A DNA stretch of 64,000 nt from an uncultured delta proteobacterium (GCA_963823335.1 CAWGLD010000007.1:345409-409408); one strand, 5' to 3'. Shown: positions 49,049-58,699, counted from the stretch's first letter. Notes: generated by a model not told the origin, from the letters alone. Made by a program: numbers and translations.

Positions 49049-49138
49049 ATCGTGTAACAATCACTTGAACCCTTGAGTCCTTGACCCCTTGAACCCTTTC
49101 TCCCGAAAAACGGGCAGAAACACAAAGGAGAACCTGGA

Positions 49139-50044
49139 ATGAAAGCTTTAATGTGTGTCCCCAACATCAGTGAGGGTACCGATCTGTCTGTCGTGGAAAA
49201 AGTGGTGGACTCCGTTCGGTCTGCTCCCGGCGTCATGCTCCTCGACTACTCATCCAACCCAGACCATAACCGATCCGTAATTACCTATATCGGCCGTCCC
49301 GAACCCGTGGCGCTCGCCACAAGGAAACTGGCCGAAACCGCTCTGGAACTCATCGACATGACCTGCCACAAAGGGTCACACCCCCGCCAGGGTGCCGTGG
49401 ATGTGGTTCCCTTTATCCCCATCCGGGGAATCACCGAGGAAGCGTCTATCTCCATTGCAAAGGACTTTGGCCGATACGTTGGAAACACCTTGGGTGTTCC
49501 GGTCTATTTTTATGAGGATGCAGCCACGCGACCCGAACGACAGAATCTTGCCAAAGTCAGGAAAGGCCAATACGAAGCCCTGGCCCAGAAGCTTGAAGAT
49601 CCGGCCTGGGTACCTGATGAAGGTCCCTGTCAGTTCATACCCAGAAGCGGATCCATGCAGGTATCCTCCCGCTTTCCCCTGGTGGCGTTCAATGTCAACC
49701 TCGCCACCACCGATCTTGACATTGCCCAGAACATTGCCGAAAGCGTCCGTTTTATCAATGGTGGTTTCAGGAATGTTCGAGCCATCGGGCTCTCCCTGAA
49801 AGAGGCAGGTATGGTTCAGGTATCCATGAACCTGACCCACTATGAAAAAACACCCATTCCCATGGTTGCAGAGGCGGTAAAGCGTGAAGCCGCGCGTTAT
49901 GGGGTCAGCGTGGTGGGCACGGAACTGGTGGGGCCGGTACCTTTGGGCGCCATGGGGCAGATCTTTCGCTACTATCTCCAGGCGCATGATTTCCGCGTGG
50001 ACCAGATCATCGAAAATTCACTGATCGGGTGGACAGGCGAATAA
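49139..50044 (+). CDS. ftcD: Glutamate formiminotransferase
   Basis: CVPNISEG, DHNRSV, HPRQGAVDVVPF, VQVSMNL, ELVG. Confidence 0.93.
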   Translation: MKALMCVPNISEGTDLSVVEKVVDSVRSAPGVMLLDYSSNPDHNRSVITYIGRPEPVALATRKLAETALELIDMTCHKGSHPRQGAVDVVPFIPIRGITEEASISIAKDFGRYVGNTLGVPVYFYEDAATRPERQNLAKVRKGQYEALAQKLEDPAWVPDEGPCQFIPRSGSMQVSSRFPLVAFNVNLATTDLDIAQNIAESVRFINGGFRNVRAIGLSLKEAGMVQVSMNLTHYEKTPIPMVAEAVKREAARYGVSVVGTELVGPVPLGAMGQIFRYYLQAHDFRVDQIIENSLIGWTGE

Positions 50045-50170
50045 AATCGTTTCACGATTTTTTTCGTGCTTTCGTCGTTTCGTGATTTCGTGATAAAAGA
50101 GCTGTTTTCTTTCCCGGCTTGTCCGAATAGACGCCAGTAATTAGACAATCAGACTTTCAGAGGTTGAACA

Positions 50171-51430
50171 ATGCAAAAACCCAAAGCAGATCTGTTAATC
50201 GACAATACCACCGAGCTCATCACCTGTATTCCAACGGGAAGCGATCCCCTGGGAAGAATTCAAAACGGTGCCGTTGCCGTGGCGGGTGGGCGGATACTCG
50301 CAACAGGCTCACGGGCTGATCTGGAGCAGCGCCTGGATCTGACCGGGACCCAAGTCCTGGACACCCAGGGAAAGATTGTAGCGCCCGGCTTTGTGGATTG
50401 CCACACCCATCTGATATTCGGTGGATCACGGGTTAAGGAGTATGCCCTCAAGATGACCAGGAGTCTTGCTGAAATAGAGGCCATGGGGCTGAAAACCGGT
50501 ATTCCCGCCTCCATTGCCATGACCAGGGAAGCCAGTGAGGAGGATCTCTTTCTCGGTGCGCTGGATCGCCTGGGGCGGATGCTCCACTACGGAACCACCA
50601 CCGTTGAAAGCAAGAGTGGTTACGGCATCAGCTGGCCCGCCGAGCTTAAGATGCTGCGGGTCAATCAACGACTCGCCCAGGCCCAGCCGGTTGATGTGGT
50701 ATCCACGTTTCTCGGGGCGCACGATTTTCCGCCGGAAATGGACCGTGAAGATCCAAATCAGCGTAAGGCCTATATTCGTGAACTGACCCAGGAGATGATC
50801 CCCCGGGTGGCACAAGACAACCTGGCAGCATTCTGCGACATCTACTGTGATGTGGGTTACTACACGGCCGGAGAATCGGAAATCGTGCTCAGGGCAGGCA
50901 TGGACCATGGCCTGGCACCCAGGATTCACACCGATGCTTATGCCAACATCGGCGGCAGCACACTGGCGGCAACACTTCCGGCGGTATCTGCCGATCATCT
51001 CAACTATACGTCTGAAAACGAAATGCGTCGTTTGGCACAAAACAATGTGGTGGGTGTGGTGTTGCCGGCCCTAGACTTCGCCGTGGCCCATCCAGACCCG
51101 TTTGATGCACGGCCCATGCTGAAAGCCGGCATGACCCTGGCACTGGGTACCAATTTAAACCCCGGCAACTGGACCGAATCCATGCAGCTCGTCATGCAGC
51201 TGGCTTGCAGAAACCACGGGATGGCTCCGGAAGAAGCCATGCTGGCGGCTACCACCGGCGCAGCGCGTGCCATCCAGCGCCACCATCAGATCGGATGCCT
51301 TGCCGAGGGATATGCGGCTGATATTCAGATTTGGGATCTGCCTTGTTTTGAAGATGTCATTTACAGAATCGGCAACAACGCTGTCTGGATGGTCATCAAG
51401 AACGGTAAGATCATTGTGAGGAACAGATGA
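50171..51430 (+). CDS. hutI: Imidazolonepropionase-like amidohydrolase, divergent
   Basis: PGFVDCHTH, GTTTVESKSGYG, TFLGAH and SADHL are conserved; HTDA and TNLNPG are atypical. Confidence 0.85.
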   Translation: MQKPKADLLIDNTTELITCIPTGSDPLGRIQNGAVAVAGGRILATGSRADLEQRLDLTGTQVLDTQGKIVAPGFVDCHTHLIFGGSRVKEYALKMTRSLAEIEAMGLKTGIPASIAMTREASEEDLFLGALDRLGRMLHYGTTTVESKSGYGISWPAELKMLRVNQRLAQAQPVDVVSTFLGAHDFPPEMDREDPNQRKAYIRELTQEMIPRVAQDNLAAFCDIYCDVGYYTAGESEIVLRAGMDHGLAPRIHTDAYANIGGSTLAATLPAVSADHLNYTSENEMRRLAQNNVVGVVLPALDFAVAHPDPFDARPMLKAGMTLALGTNLNPGNWTESMQLVMQLACRNHGMAPEEAMLAATTGAARAIQRHHQIGCLAEGYAADIQIWDLPCFEDVIYRIGNNAVWMVIKNGKIIVRNR

Positions 51431-52995
51431 GAATAACAGAAATTGAAATTTCAGGGAAAGCGCTGACCATCGAGGAGGTCAATGCGGTAGCCAACAACAG
51501 GGCAACGGTAAAGCCTCTCAGCCCGGAGACAAGATCCCGCATGAACGCCACATACCAGTGGTTGAATCAGGCTATTCAAAAGCGGGATACCGTGTTTTAC
51601 GGTATCAACACCGGCTTCGGGTCCCATGCCAACGAGACCATTCATCCGGACCAGGCCGGTATCCTGTCCAGAAATGTCATTCTTGCGGATGTAGCCGGTA
51701 TCGGCAAGCCTTTGCCCGAACCCATCGTCCGGGCCATGATGGTTATCCGGGCCAACACCATGGCCGGAGGACCATCCGGTATCCGGCCGGTGGTGGTTGA
51801 AACCCTTGTGAATATGCTCAACAAGGGGGTTATCCCTTTTGTCCCGGAAAAGGGCTCCCTGGGGGCCAGTGGTGATCTGGTGCCCCTGGCCACCATTGCG
51901 TCTGTTGCAACCTGCGATGCCGACGGTGGAGGATACAGCGGCAAGGCCTGGTACAGGGGTGAATTGATGAGTGGTGAAGAGGCCATGCGTCAGGCCGGCA
52001 TCCCCAGGCTCAAACTGGTGGCCAAGGAAGGAAATTCCATGATCAACGGCACAGCTTTCATGGCTGCCGTGGGTTGCCTGGCTGTTGAAAGATGCGAAAA
52101 ACTGATTCGCCATTCTGAAATCGCCGCAGCCATGAGTCTCGAAGCCCTGCTGGCAGTGTCGTCTGCCTTTCACCCGTCTCTGCACCAGGCTGCAAACCAG
52201 AAAGGGCAGATATCCGTGGCCAAAAACTTGAGAAGTCTGATCAAGGGCAGTCGGCTGGTGGATTCCACGGACAAGGTTCAGGATGCCTACTGTCTGCGGT
52301 GTATCCCTCAGGTATTGGGACCGGTCAAAGACACGGTCGCATTTGCCCGGGGCTACATTGAAAGGACATTGAACGCCGGAATCGACAACCCGCTGATCCT
52401 TGATTCCAATGAGGACGAGCCTTATGTCTGCATATCCGGCGGAAACTTTCACGGGGAAGGCCTGGCATTCATAATGGATTTTTTGTCCATCGTGATGTCC
52501 GAAGTGGCCAATATTTCCGATAGACGTTCATTCGCCCTGCTCACACCCGCCCTGAATTTCGGACTGCCCTCCATGTTGATACCTGCAAACGGTCTCAACA
52601 CCGGGTTAATGGTTGCGCAATATGCCGCCGCTGCGCTGGTATCGGACAACAAGACCCTTGCCCATCCGGACAGCGTCGATTCCATTCCCACCAGCGCAAA
52701 TCAGGAGGATCATGTGAGCATGGGGGCCAACGGGGCCCGTCATCTATGGGAGATCCTTGAAAATGTTACCAACGTTATCGCCATCGAATTTCTCTGTGCG
52801 GCCCAGGCTGTGGATCTACGGGAAGAAGGCCCCAAGCGTCTGGGAGAGGGGTCCCACATCGCCCATACTGTGATCCGACAACATGTGGACTTCTATGACA
52901 AGGACAAGGAGATGTCGCCGGATATCGCCCGGCTGGCGCAGTTGATCAAGGAAGAGGAGCTGCTGGAGAAAATTGATGGCAGCGAGAAATCCTAA
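51427..52995 (+). CDS. Aromatic amino-acid ammonia-lyase (HutH paralog) with altered specificity residues
   Basis: YGINTGFG, MIO triad ASG, QDAYCLRC, GGNFHG, NQEDHVSMG. The HAL SH motif is replaced by AD. Confidence 0.9.
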   Translation: MRITEIEISGKALTIEEVNAVANNRATVKPLSPETRSRMNATYQWLNQAIQKRDTVFYGINTGFGSHANETIHPDQAGILSRNVILADVAGIGKPLPEPIVRAMMVIRANTMAGGPSGIRPVVVETLVNMLNKGVIPFVPEKGSLGASGDLVPLATIASVATCDADGGGYSGKAWYRGELMSGEEAMRQAGIPRLKLVAKEGNSMINGTAFMAAVGCLAVERCEKLIRHSEIAAAMSLEALLAVSSAFHPSLHQAANQKGQISVAKNLRSLIKGSRLVDSTDKVQDAYCLRCIPQVLGPVKDTVAFARGYIERTLNAGIDNPLILDSNEDEPYVCISGGNFHGEGLAFIMDFLSIVMSEVANISDRRSFALLTPALNFGLPSMLIPANGLNTGLMVAQYAAAALVSDNKTLAHPDSVDSIPTSANQEDHVSMGANGARHLWEILENVTNVIAIEFLCAAQAVDLREEGPKRLGEGSHIAHTVIRQHVDFYDKDKEMSPDIARLAQLIKEEELLEKIDGSEKS

Positions 52996-53345
52996 ATCCT
53001 AATATCGAAATACGAAACAAACTCAAATTTCAAATGTTCAAATTATCAAGACATAGCAATTTGGCTCGGATGGCTTCACTTGTTTCGGTCATTGGGATTT
53101 ATATCATTTGGTATTGTTTAGGATTTCTTATTTCATGCTTCGAATTTAGTTGGGCTTCGATATCTGCAAAGTTCACAGACACTAACATGAACGTCCAACA
53201 TCGAACGTCCAACATCGAATTTTGAATGGGTAGAAAGGAAGAAATAGAAATTAGCTCATAGGGCTTGATCAGGTAACAGCTATCACCTATCAGCTATTAG
53301 TGTGTTTTCATTCGACGTTGGACTAGTTCGATGTTCGATGTTCAT
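52994..53345. repeat. Family C (52994-53148) and family B (53187-53345) inverted-repeat elements inside the operon
   Basis: Two stacked long hairpin-forming elements between the hutH-like and hutU-like genes. Confidence 0.75.
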
Positions 53346-53441
53346 CTTTTTAAAATTTTAAATACCTCCGAAGGCTTGGGGTTCAAGGATCCAAAATATT
53401 ATACCTTTAATGTGCATACAATAATGAAGGAGGCTCAGACT

Positions 53442-55175
53442 ATGAAACCGGAAATCTTATATGAAGTGAAAGCCCAGCGCGGGGATACCCTGCGCTGCAA
53501 AGGGTGGAAACAGGAAACCCTTTTGAGAATGCTGGAAAACAATATGGAAAACGCCGAAGCACCGGAATACCTCGTAATCTACGGGGGTATCGGCAAGTGT
53601 GCCAGAAACTGGGAATCCTACCACGCCATCGTGGATTCTCTCAAAAATATGGAAAATGACGAAACCCTGGTGGTACAGTCGGGCATGCCCGTTGCCATAT
53701 TCAAAACCCACAAGCTGGCACCCCGGGTGGTCATGGCAACCACGAACATCATGAAAGCAACCTGGCCCACATTCTACGATCTTCAGGATAAAAATCTCAC
53801 CATGTTTGCACAGTATACGGCAGCACCCTGGGAATATATCGGAACTCAGGGGGTTATCCAGGGCACGTTCGAGACCCTGGGCGCCATCGCAGACCAGCAC
53901 TTCAACAGTTCTTTGGTGGGGAAAATTCTCCTGACCGCCGGCCACGGCGGCATGGGGGCCAATCAGCCCCGGGCCATGAACATGCACGGCGGTGTGTGTA
54001 TCGACGTGGATGTCAACGAAGCCACCATCGACAAACGCATCAAGATCGGGTTCACCGATGTCAAGGCGGAAAGTCTGGATGCAGCCTTTGACATGGCCAA
54101 ACAGGCCGCCGCAGAGAAAAAGGCCCTTGCCATCGGTGTCGTTGGGAATGCCGCCACCCTGTTCTGGGAAGCCTATGACAAGGGCTTTAAACCCGACATC
54201 GTCACTGAAATGTGTCCCTGTCACGATCCCCTCTCATACATACCCGAAGGATATTCCCCGGCGGAAGCCGAAGACCTCAGGGTTGCAGACCGCGATGGCT
54301 ATCTTGAAAAAGCGCGTCAGTCCATGGTCAAACAGTTGAGAGCCATGAATGCTTATTCCAAAAAAGAGGGCATCCAGGTATTTGAATATGGCACCTCCAT
54401 TCGCAAGGAGTGCCGTGATGCCGGTATGCCTGAAGAAGAGGCCATGACCATACCGGGCTTTGTGGCGGAGTATATCCGGCCCCTTTTCTGTGAAGGCCGG
54501 GGCCCATTCCGCTGGACCTGCATCTCCGGAGATGAGGGCGATCTTAAACGCCTGGACGACCTGGTGCTGGACATGTTTCCGGAAGACAAACTGACCGTCA
54601 AATGGATCAACCTGGCCCGCAAAACACTGCCCATCGAGGCACTCCCTGCCCGGGTGTGCTACCTGGGTTTCGGGGAAAGAAAGGCCTTCGCCCTCAAAGT
54701 CAACGCGCTCATCAAAAAGGGTGAGGTGAAAGGCCCGGTTGCTTTTTCACGGGATAACCTGGACTCCGGCTCCATCGTGAACCCCACCTTTGAATCGGAG
54801 AAAATGAAGGACGGCGGGGACCTGATATCCGACTGGCCCATGCTCAATGCGCTTTTAAACTGCGCGGCCATGTGTGACCTCATCGCCATTCAGGCCAACT
54901 ACTCCATGGGGGAAGCTGTCCATACCGGTGTGACCATGATCGCCGATGGCAGCGATGAAGCTGATTTCCGTCTGGATGCATGCATGACCACCGACTCCGG
55001 TATCGGTGTGGTACGGCATGCCCAGGCAGGCTATGAAACAGCCCGGGAAACCGCAGAAGGGCGTGGAAAGCTGACAAGTGAAAGCATAAAAGTGCCTCTC
55101 TGGTGGAGTCCTGTGGCAACCTTCGGACCCGAAGGCGGCCGGCAGTTGCGACGAAGTGCGCATACGAAAGAATAA
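53442..55175 (+). CDS. Urocanate hydratase paralog, divergent subfamily
   Basis: LVIYGGIGKCARNW, YIGTQGVIQGT, GPFRW, LPARVC, GIGVVRHAQAGY, with several active-site motifs altered. Start moved to ATG 53442 after AAGGAGG. Confidence 0.9.
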   Translation: MKPEILYEVKAQRGDTLRCKGWKQETLLRMLENNMENAEAPEYLVIYGGIGKCARNWESYHAIVDSLKNMENDETLVVQSGMPVAIFKTHKLAPRVVMATTNIMKATWPTFYDLQDKNLTMFAQYTAAPWEYIGTQGVIQGTFETLGAIADQHFNSSLVGKILLTAGHGGMGANQPRAMNMHGGVCIDVDVNEATIDKRIKIGFTDVKAESLDAAFDMAKQAAAEKKALAIGVVGNAATLFWEAYDKGFKPDIVTEMCPCHDPLSYIPEGYSPAEAEDLRVADRDGYLEKARQSMVKQLRAMNAYSKKEGIQVFEYGTSIRKECRDAGMPEEEAMTIPGFVAEYIRPLFCEGRGPFRWTCISGDEGDLKRLDDLVLDMFPEDKLTVKWINLARKTLPIEALPARVCYLGFGERKAFALKVNALIKKGEVKGPVAFSRDNLDSGSIVNPTFESEKMKDGGDLISDWPMLNALLNCAAMCDLIAIQANYSMGEAVHTGVTMIADGSDEADFRLDACMTTDSGIGVVRHAQAGYETARETAEGRGKLTSESIKVPLWWSPVATFGPEGGRQLRRSAHTKE

Positions 55176-55177
55176 AT

Positions 55178-55338
55178 TTTAAATTCGAATAGCGAAATAC
55201 GAAACAAATCCAAATAGCGAATGCTCAAATGACCAAAACATAACTCTTGGACTTGAATGCAATACGATTTGTTTTGATCGTTCGATATTTGTGTCATTTG
55301 ATATTGTTTAGAATTTCGAATTTCGTGCTTCGGATTTG
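55178..55338. repeat. Family C inverted repeat
   Basis: Similar to 8355-8531 and 52994-53148. Confidence 0.75.
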
Positions 55339-55363
55339 AAACTTGAATGTAAGGAGATTCAAA

Positions 55364-56821
55364 ATGCCCCACAACCCACGTCTTCGATTCCTCACCGAAA
55401 ACGAAGAAGGTCTGATTTTTGAAAAGTGCCTCTATATTCTTTCGAATAAGGGTGTGAAAATAGACTATCCAAAGGCACTGGCCCTGCTGAAAAAAGCAGG
55501 TGCCGATGTCAATGAGAAGACCGAACAGGTTTGTTTCAGCCGCAATATGATCGAAACAGCCCTGAAAACAGTACCCCGTGAATTCACGGTCAAAGGCAGC
55601 CAAGCGAAACACGATTTTGTGGTCCCCCATCCCGAGGGATCCTTTTATACCAGCACCTGTGTTCAGACCATGCAGTATCACGACCCGGATATCAACGGGT
55701 TCGTGGCTGTCACCAGGCAAAACCTGGCCGAGTGGACGCAGCTCGCTGACGGGCTGGACAACATCCACAAAATCGCCATGCAGACACCCACAGATGCTCC
55801 CCATGAAACAGCCGATGTACATTCTCTGAGCATTCATCTGCAGAATACAACCAAACCCTTGATGGTGCTTGCATACTGCCCGGAAACCGTTCCGTTTCTA
55901 TTTGAACTGATGCTTGCCAGGGCTGGCAGCGTCGAAGCGTTGCAGGAAAGACCGATGCTCCTCACCTACCCTACCTCTTTGTCGCCGCTGCAATTCAAAG
56001 CCATGGATATGGAAACCATCCTTCAGTCATGCCGGTACGGCGTCCCCGTAGTGGCGAACTCTCTGGCCATATCAGGGGCCACAGCACCGGTAACCGTGGC
56101 CGGAACCGTTCTACTGGCCAGTGTCGAGATTCTGGCCATGCTGGTGATGACTCAGATTTTTCAGCCTGGATTGCCGGTAATCGGTTCTGTTTACACCACC
56201 AGTATGGACATGGCCACCGGCAACGCGCTGCTGGGAAATGCGGAGAGCATGCTGGGTCGGGCGGCATCGTCCCAGTTCATCAAGAGCAGATTCCACATCC
56301 CTGTTGAAACGTTTTCCTTCATGACCGATTCTTTTCTGTCGGATGGGCAGGCCATGGTTGAAAAATCCTTAATGCCGGCTCTTCTGGATCTGGCAGGGAG
56401 TGACATTCAATACGGCGCCGGAAGACTGGGCGGTGCAACGGCAGCCAGTCCGATTCAGTTGATCATCGATGATCAGTTGTTCACCATCATCCAGAAATGC
56501 AACAGCGGCGTGGTGGTAAACGATGACACCCTGGCGTTGCAGGATATTCTGGAAAATGCACCCCAGGGTAATTTTATTACCAGCGGGCACACTCTGCGAT
56601 ATTGCAGGGAAAACATCCGCCCCAGCCTGTTCGTCGCCGATAATTTGGACAACTGGCAATCAAAAGGTGCCAAAAGTCTTTACGAACGCGCCGTGGAAAG
56701 GTATAAGGAACTTCGATCGCAACTGTCCCCGCCATCTTTACCCGATGAGATTCTGCGGGATATGAGCAGCGTCGTAAAAAAAGCCGATGACCATCTGGTG
56801 GGAAAACTGGGATCCAAGTAA
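55364..56821 (+). CDS. MttB-superfamily corrinoid methyltransferase, pyrrolysine-free (copy 3, divergent)
   Basis: SPLQF, SGATAPVTVAG, MDMATG, TDSFLSDGQAMVEK, GNFITSGHTL. Start moved to ATG 55364. Confidence 0.9.
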   Translation: MPHNPRLRFLTENEEGLIFEKCLYILSNKGVKIDYPKALALLKKAGADVNEKTEQVCFSRNMIETALKTVPREFTVKGSQAKHDFVVPHPEGSFYTSTCVQTMQYHDPDINGFVAVTRQNLAEWTQLADGLDNIHKIAMQTPTDAPHETADVHSLSIHLQNTTKPLMVLAYCPETVPFLFELMLARAGSVEALQERPMLLTYPTSLSPLQFKAMDMETILQSCRYGVPVVANSLAISGATAPVTVAGTVLLASVEILAMLVMTQIFQPGLPVIGSVYTTSMDMATGNALLGNAESMLGRAASSQFIKSRFHIPVETFSFMTDSFLSDGQAMVEKSLMPALLDLAGSDIQYGAGRLGGATAASPIQLIIDDQLFTIIQKCNSGVVVNDDTLALQDILENAPQGNFITSGHTLRYCRENIRPSLFVADNLDNWQSKGAKSLYERAVERYKELRSQLSPPSLPDEILRDMSSVVKKADDHLVGKLGSK

Positions 56822-56825
56822 GCTT

Positions 56826-57626
56826 ATGATACATTCAATCTATCGATTTGTTAAACGGATGCACCTTTTTGATATATCGGCATACCTGTTTCTTATGATC
56901 GGTGGGGGCATCCTCCTTTTAAAAGGCGCTGAAGACCAGGGATATTACTGGCAGTGGTTTCGGATTCCCAAATATCTATATGAAATCGATGACGGCCGAT
57001 TTATTGCCGGGCCCATTTTAAAGGGGCTCAAGATAACCCTGAACCTCACCTGGATCAGTCTTATTCTGACCTACATCATCGGGCTGGTCACCGCCCTGAT
57101 GCGGCTTTCCAACTCGCTGCTGGCAAGAGGTATTGCCCGGGTCTATCTTGAGATTACACGCAATACGCCCTTACTGGTGCAGATATTTTTCATGTACTTC
57201 GTTGTGGCGCCGATTCTGGACATCGACCGGTTTGTTGCGGGTGTGCTGGCACTGAGCCTTTTTGAAGGGTCCTATGCGTCGGAAATTTACCGCTCCGGCA
57301 TCGTCGCCGTCAACAAGGGACAATGGGAAGCCTCCTACACCCTGGGTCTGAGCACCTACCAGAACTATCGCTATATCGTTCTGCCCCAGGCCATACGGCG
57401 GATACTTCCGCCCTTGACCAGCCAGGCCGTTTCCCTGATCAAGGACTCATCCCTGGTCAGCGTTATCGCCATATACGAGATGACCATGCACGCCAATGAA
57501 ATCGCCTCGGAAACTTTTCTGGTTTTTGAGATATTCTTTACCATCGCCGCGATTTATCTGGCACTGACCATCACCTTGTCACAGATCGTGGCTTATTTTG
57601 AAAAGCGATACAGGGTAATATCTTGA
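56826..57626 (+). CDS. Polar amino-acid ABC transporter permease
   Basis: RNTPLLVQ, GQWEAS, PQAIRRILPPL, LIKDSSL. Confidence 0.95.
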   Translation: MIHSIYRFVKRMHLFDISAYLFLMIGGGILLLKGAEDQGYYWQWFRIPKYLYEIDDGRFIAGPILKGLKITLNLTWISLILTYIIGLVTALMRLSNSLLARGIARVYLEITRNTPLLVQIFFMYFVVAPILDIDRFVAGVLALSLFEGSYASEIYRSGIVAVNKGQWEASYTLGLSTYQNYRYIVLPQAIRRILPPLTSQAVSLIKDSSLVSVIAIYEMTMHANEIASETFLVFEIFFTIAAIYLALTITLSQIVAYFEKRYRVIS

Positions 57627-57685
57627 CACCCCAAGCATTTAGGCTGATAGGCTGTTAGACTGTAGGCTGTAGGAGAGGAACACAC

Positions 57686-58438
57686 ATGAGTGCCAAAGAG
57701 TTTGGTGATTACATTGTCCGCGTTGACGGTATTGGCAAGACCTTTTCCAACGGAGTCGTGGCGCTAAAGGATTTTTCCACGAACATTCGCCGCAGAGAAG
57801 TGGTGGTTCTCATAGGGCCGTCAGGATCCGGAAAATCGACTTTTTTACGCTGTCTGAACGGACTGGAGGAGATCGATTCCGGCACCATCACCATCGACGG
57901 CATTCCCCTTGACGACAACAAGAAGAACCGTCTGGAAATCCGCAAGGAAGTGGGTATGGTGTTCCAGCATTTCAATTTATTCCCACACCTGACGGTTTTT
58001 AGAAACATTACTCTGGCGCAGATGCTCGTGCGCAAAAAATCCAAGAATGACGCCCAGGATGAAGCCATGCAGCTGCTGAAAAAAGTGGGCATTTCAGAAA
58101 AAGCGGACGCATTCCCGAGCCAACTCAGCGGCGGACAGCAGCAGCGCGTGGCCATCGCCAGAGCGCTGGCAATGAAACCCAAGGTGATGATGTTCGATGA
58201 AGCCACCAGTGCTCTTGACCCGGAAATGATCGGTGAGGTATTGGAAGTGATGAAGGCGCTTGCCATAGAGGGCATGACCATGGTCGTCGTTACCCACGAA
58301 ATGGGATTTGCCCGGGAGGTGAGCGACTGGGTTATTTTTATGGAGGACGGTATGAAGGTGGAAGAAGGAACGGCAGAACACTTTTTTACCGATCCCAAAA
58401 AAGATCGTACCAAGCTGTTTCTGAGTCAGATACTATAA
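57686..58438 (+). CDS. Polar amino-acid ABC transporter ATP-binding protein (GlnQ-like)
   Basis: [28 protein letters not shown]. Confidence 0.95.
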   Translation: MSAKEFGDYIVRVDGIGKTFSNGVVALKDFSTNIRRREVVVLIGPSGSGKSTFLRCLNGLEEIDSGTITIDGIPLDDNKKNRLEIRKEVGMVFQHFNLFPHLTVFRNITLAQMLVRKKSKNDAQDEAMQLLKKVGISEKADAFPSQLSGGQQQRVAIARALAMKPKVMMFDEATSALDPEMIGEVLEVMKALAIEGMTMVVVTHEMGFAREVSDWVIFMEDGMKVEEGTAEHFFTDPKKDRTKLFLSQIL

Positions 58439-58473
58439 AATTTGGATCATCTTCAAAAGAGATGATCCAAATT
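58439..58473. repeat. Perfect 14-bp inverted repeat related to the MITE ends at 8532/8854
   Basis: AATTTGGATCATCT-7nt-AGATGATCCAAATT. Confidence 0.7.
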
Positions 58474-58699
58474 GAGGGTTCACGGGGCGGAGGGTGATAC
58501 AAGGGTCCGAGGGTAGCTGACAGCAATAAGCGGACAGCAGCATCACAGCTTCCTATCATCCTAGCGTCCCAGCATATCAGGGGTCAAGGGTTGCTGAAAG
58601 CAATCAGCAATAAGCAACTAACAGCCTATAGTCTATACCCCTAAAAGGCTAAACAACTGTTGTTTCAATTCACCAACCTTAGAAAAGGAGACCAAGACA

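Noticed and set aside
37061-52452. Long antisense ORFs (e.g. 37061-38410, 42038-43129, 51451-52452)
   Set aside because: They are shadows of well-supported genes on the opposite strand and show no motifs.
51427-52995. Calling HutH2 an ergothionase (trimethylamine-lyase)
   Set aside because: It retains the ASG MIO triad, which ergothionases lack.
53411-53420. TGTGCATACA as a further HutC box before hutU2
   Set aside because: Two mismatches to the three perfect boxes and no clear promoter. Possible but unsupported.
45689-55338. CRISPR array interpretation of the intergenic repeats
   Set aside because: Units are 7-8-bp degenerate tandem repeats in inverted blocks, with no constant repeat-spacer period and no cas genes.
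21289-55363. Extended N-termini in the ORF track (21289, 31592, 32573, 34453, 38794, 47400, 53331, 55343)
   Set aside because: The extensions overlap neighbouring genes, promoters or repeats. Downstream ATGs fit family lengths better, several with a clear RBS or coupled stop/start.
23198-56821. Pyrrolysine (UAG) read-through in the MttB/MtmB genes
   Set aside because: All four ORFs are full length with no internal amber codon, and no pyl genes are in the window.
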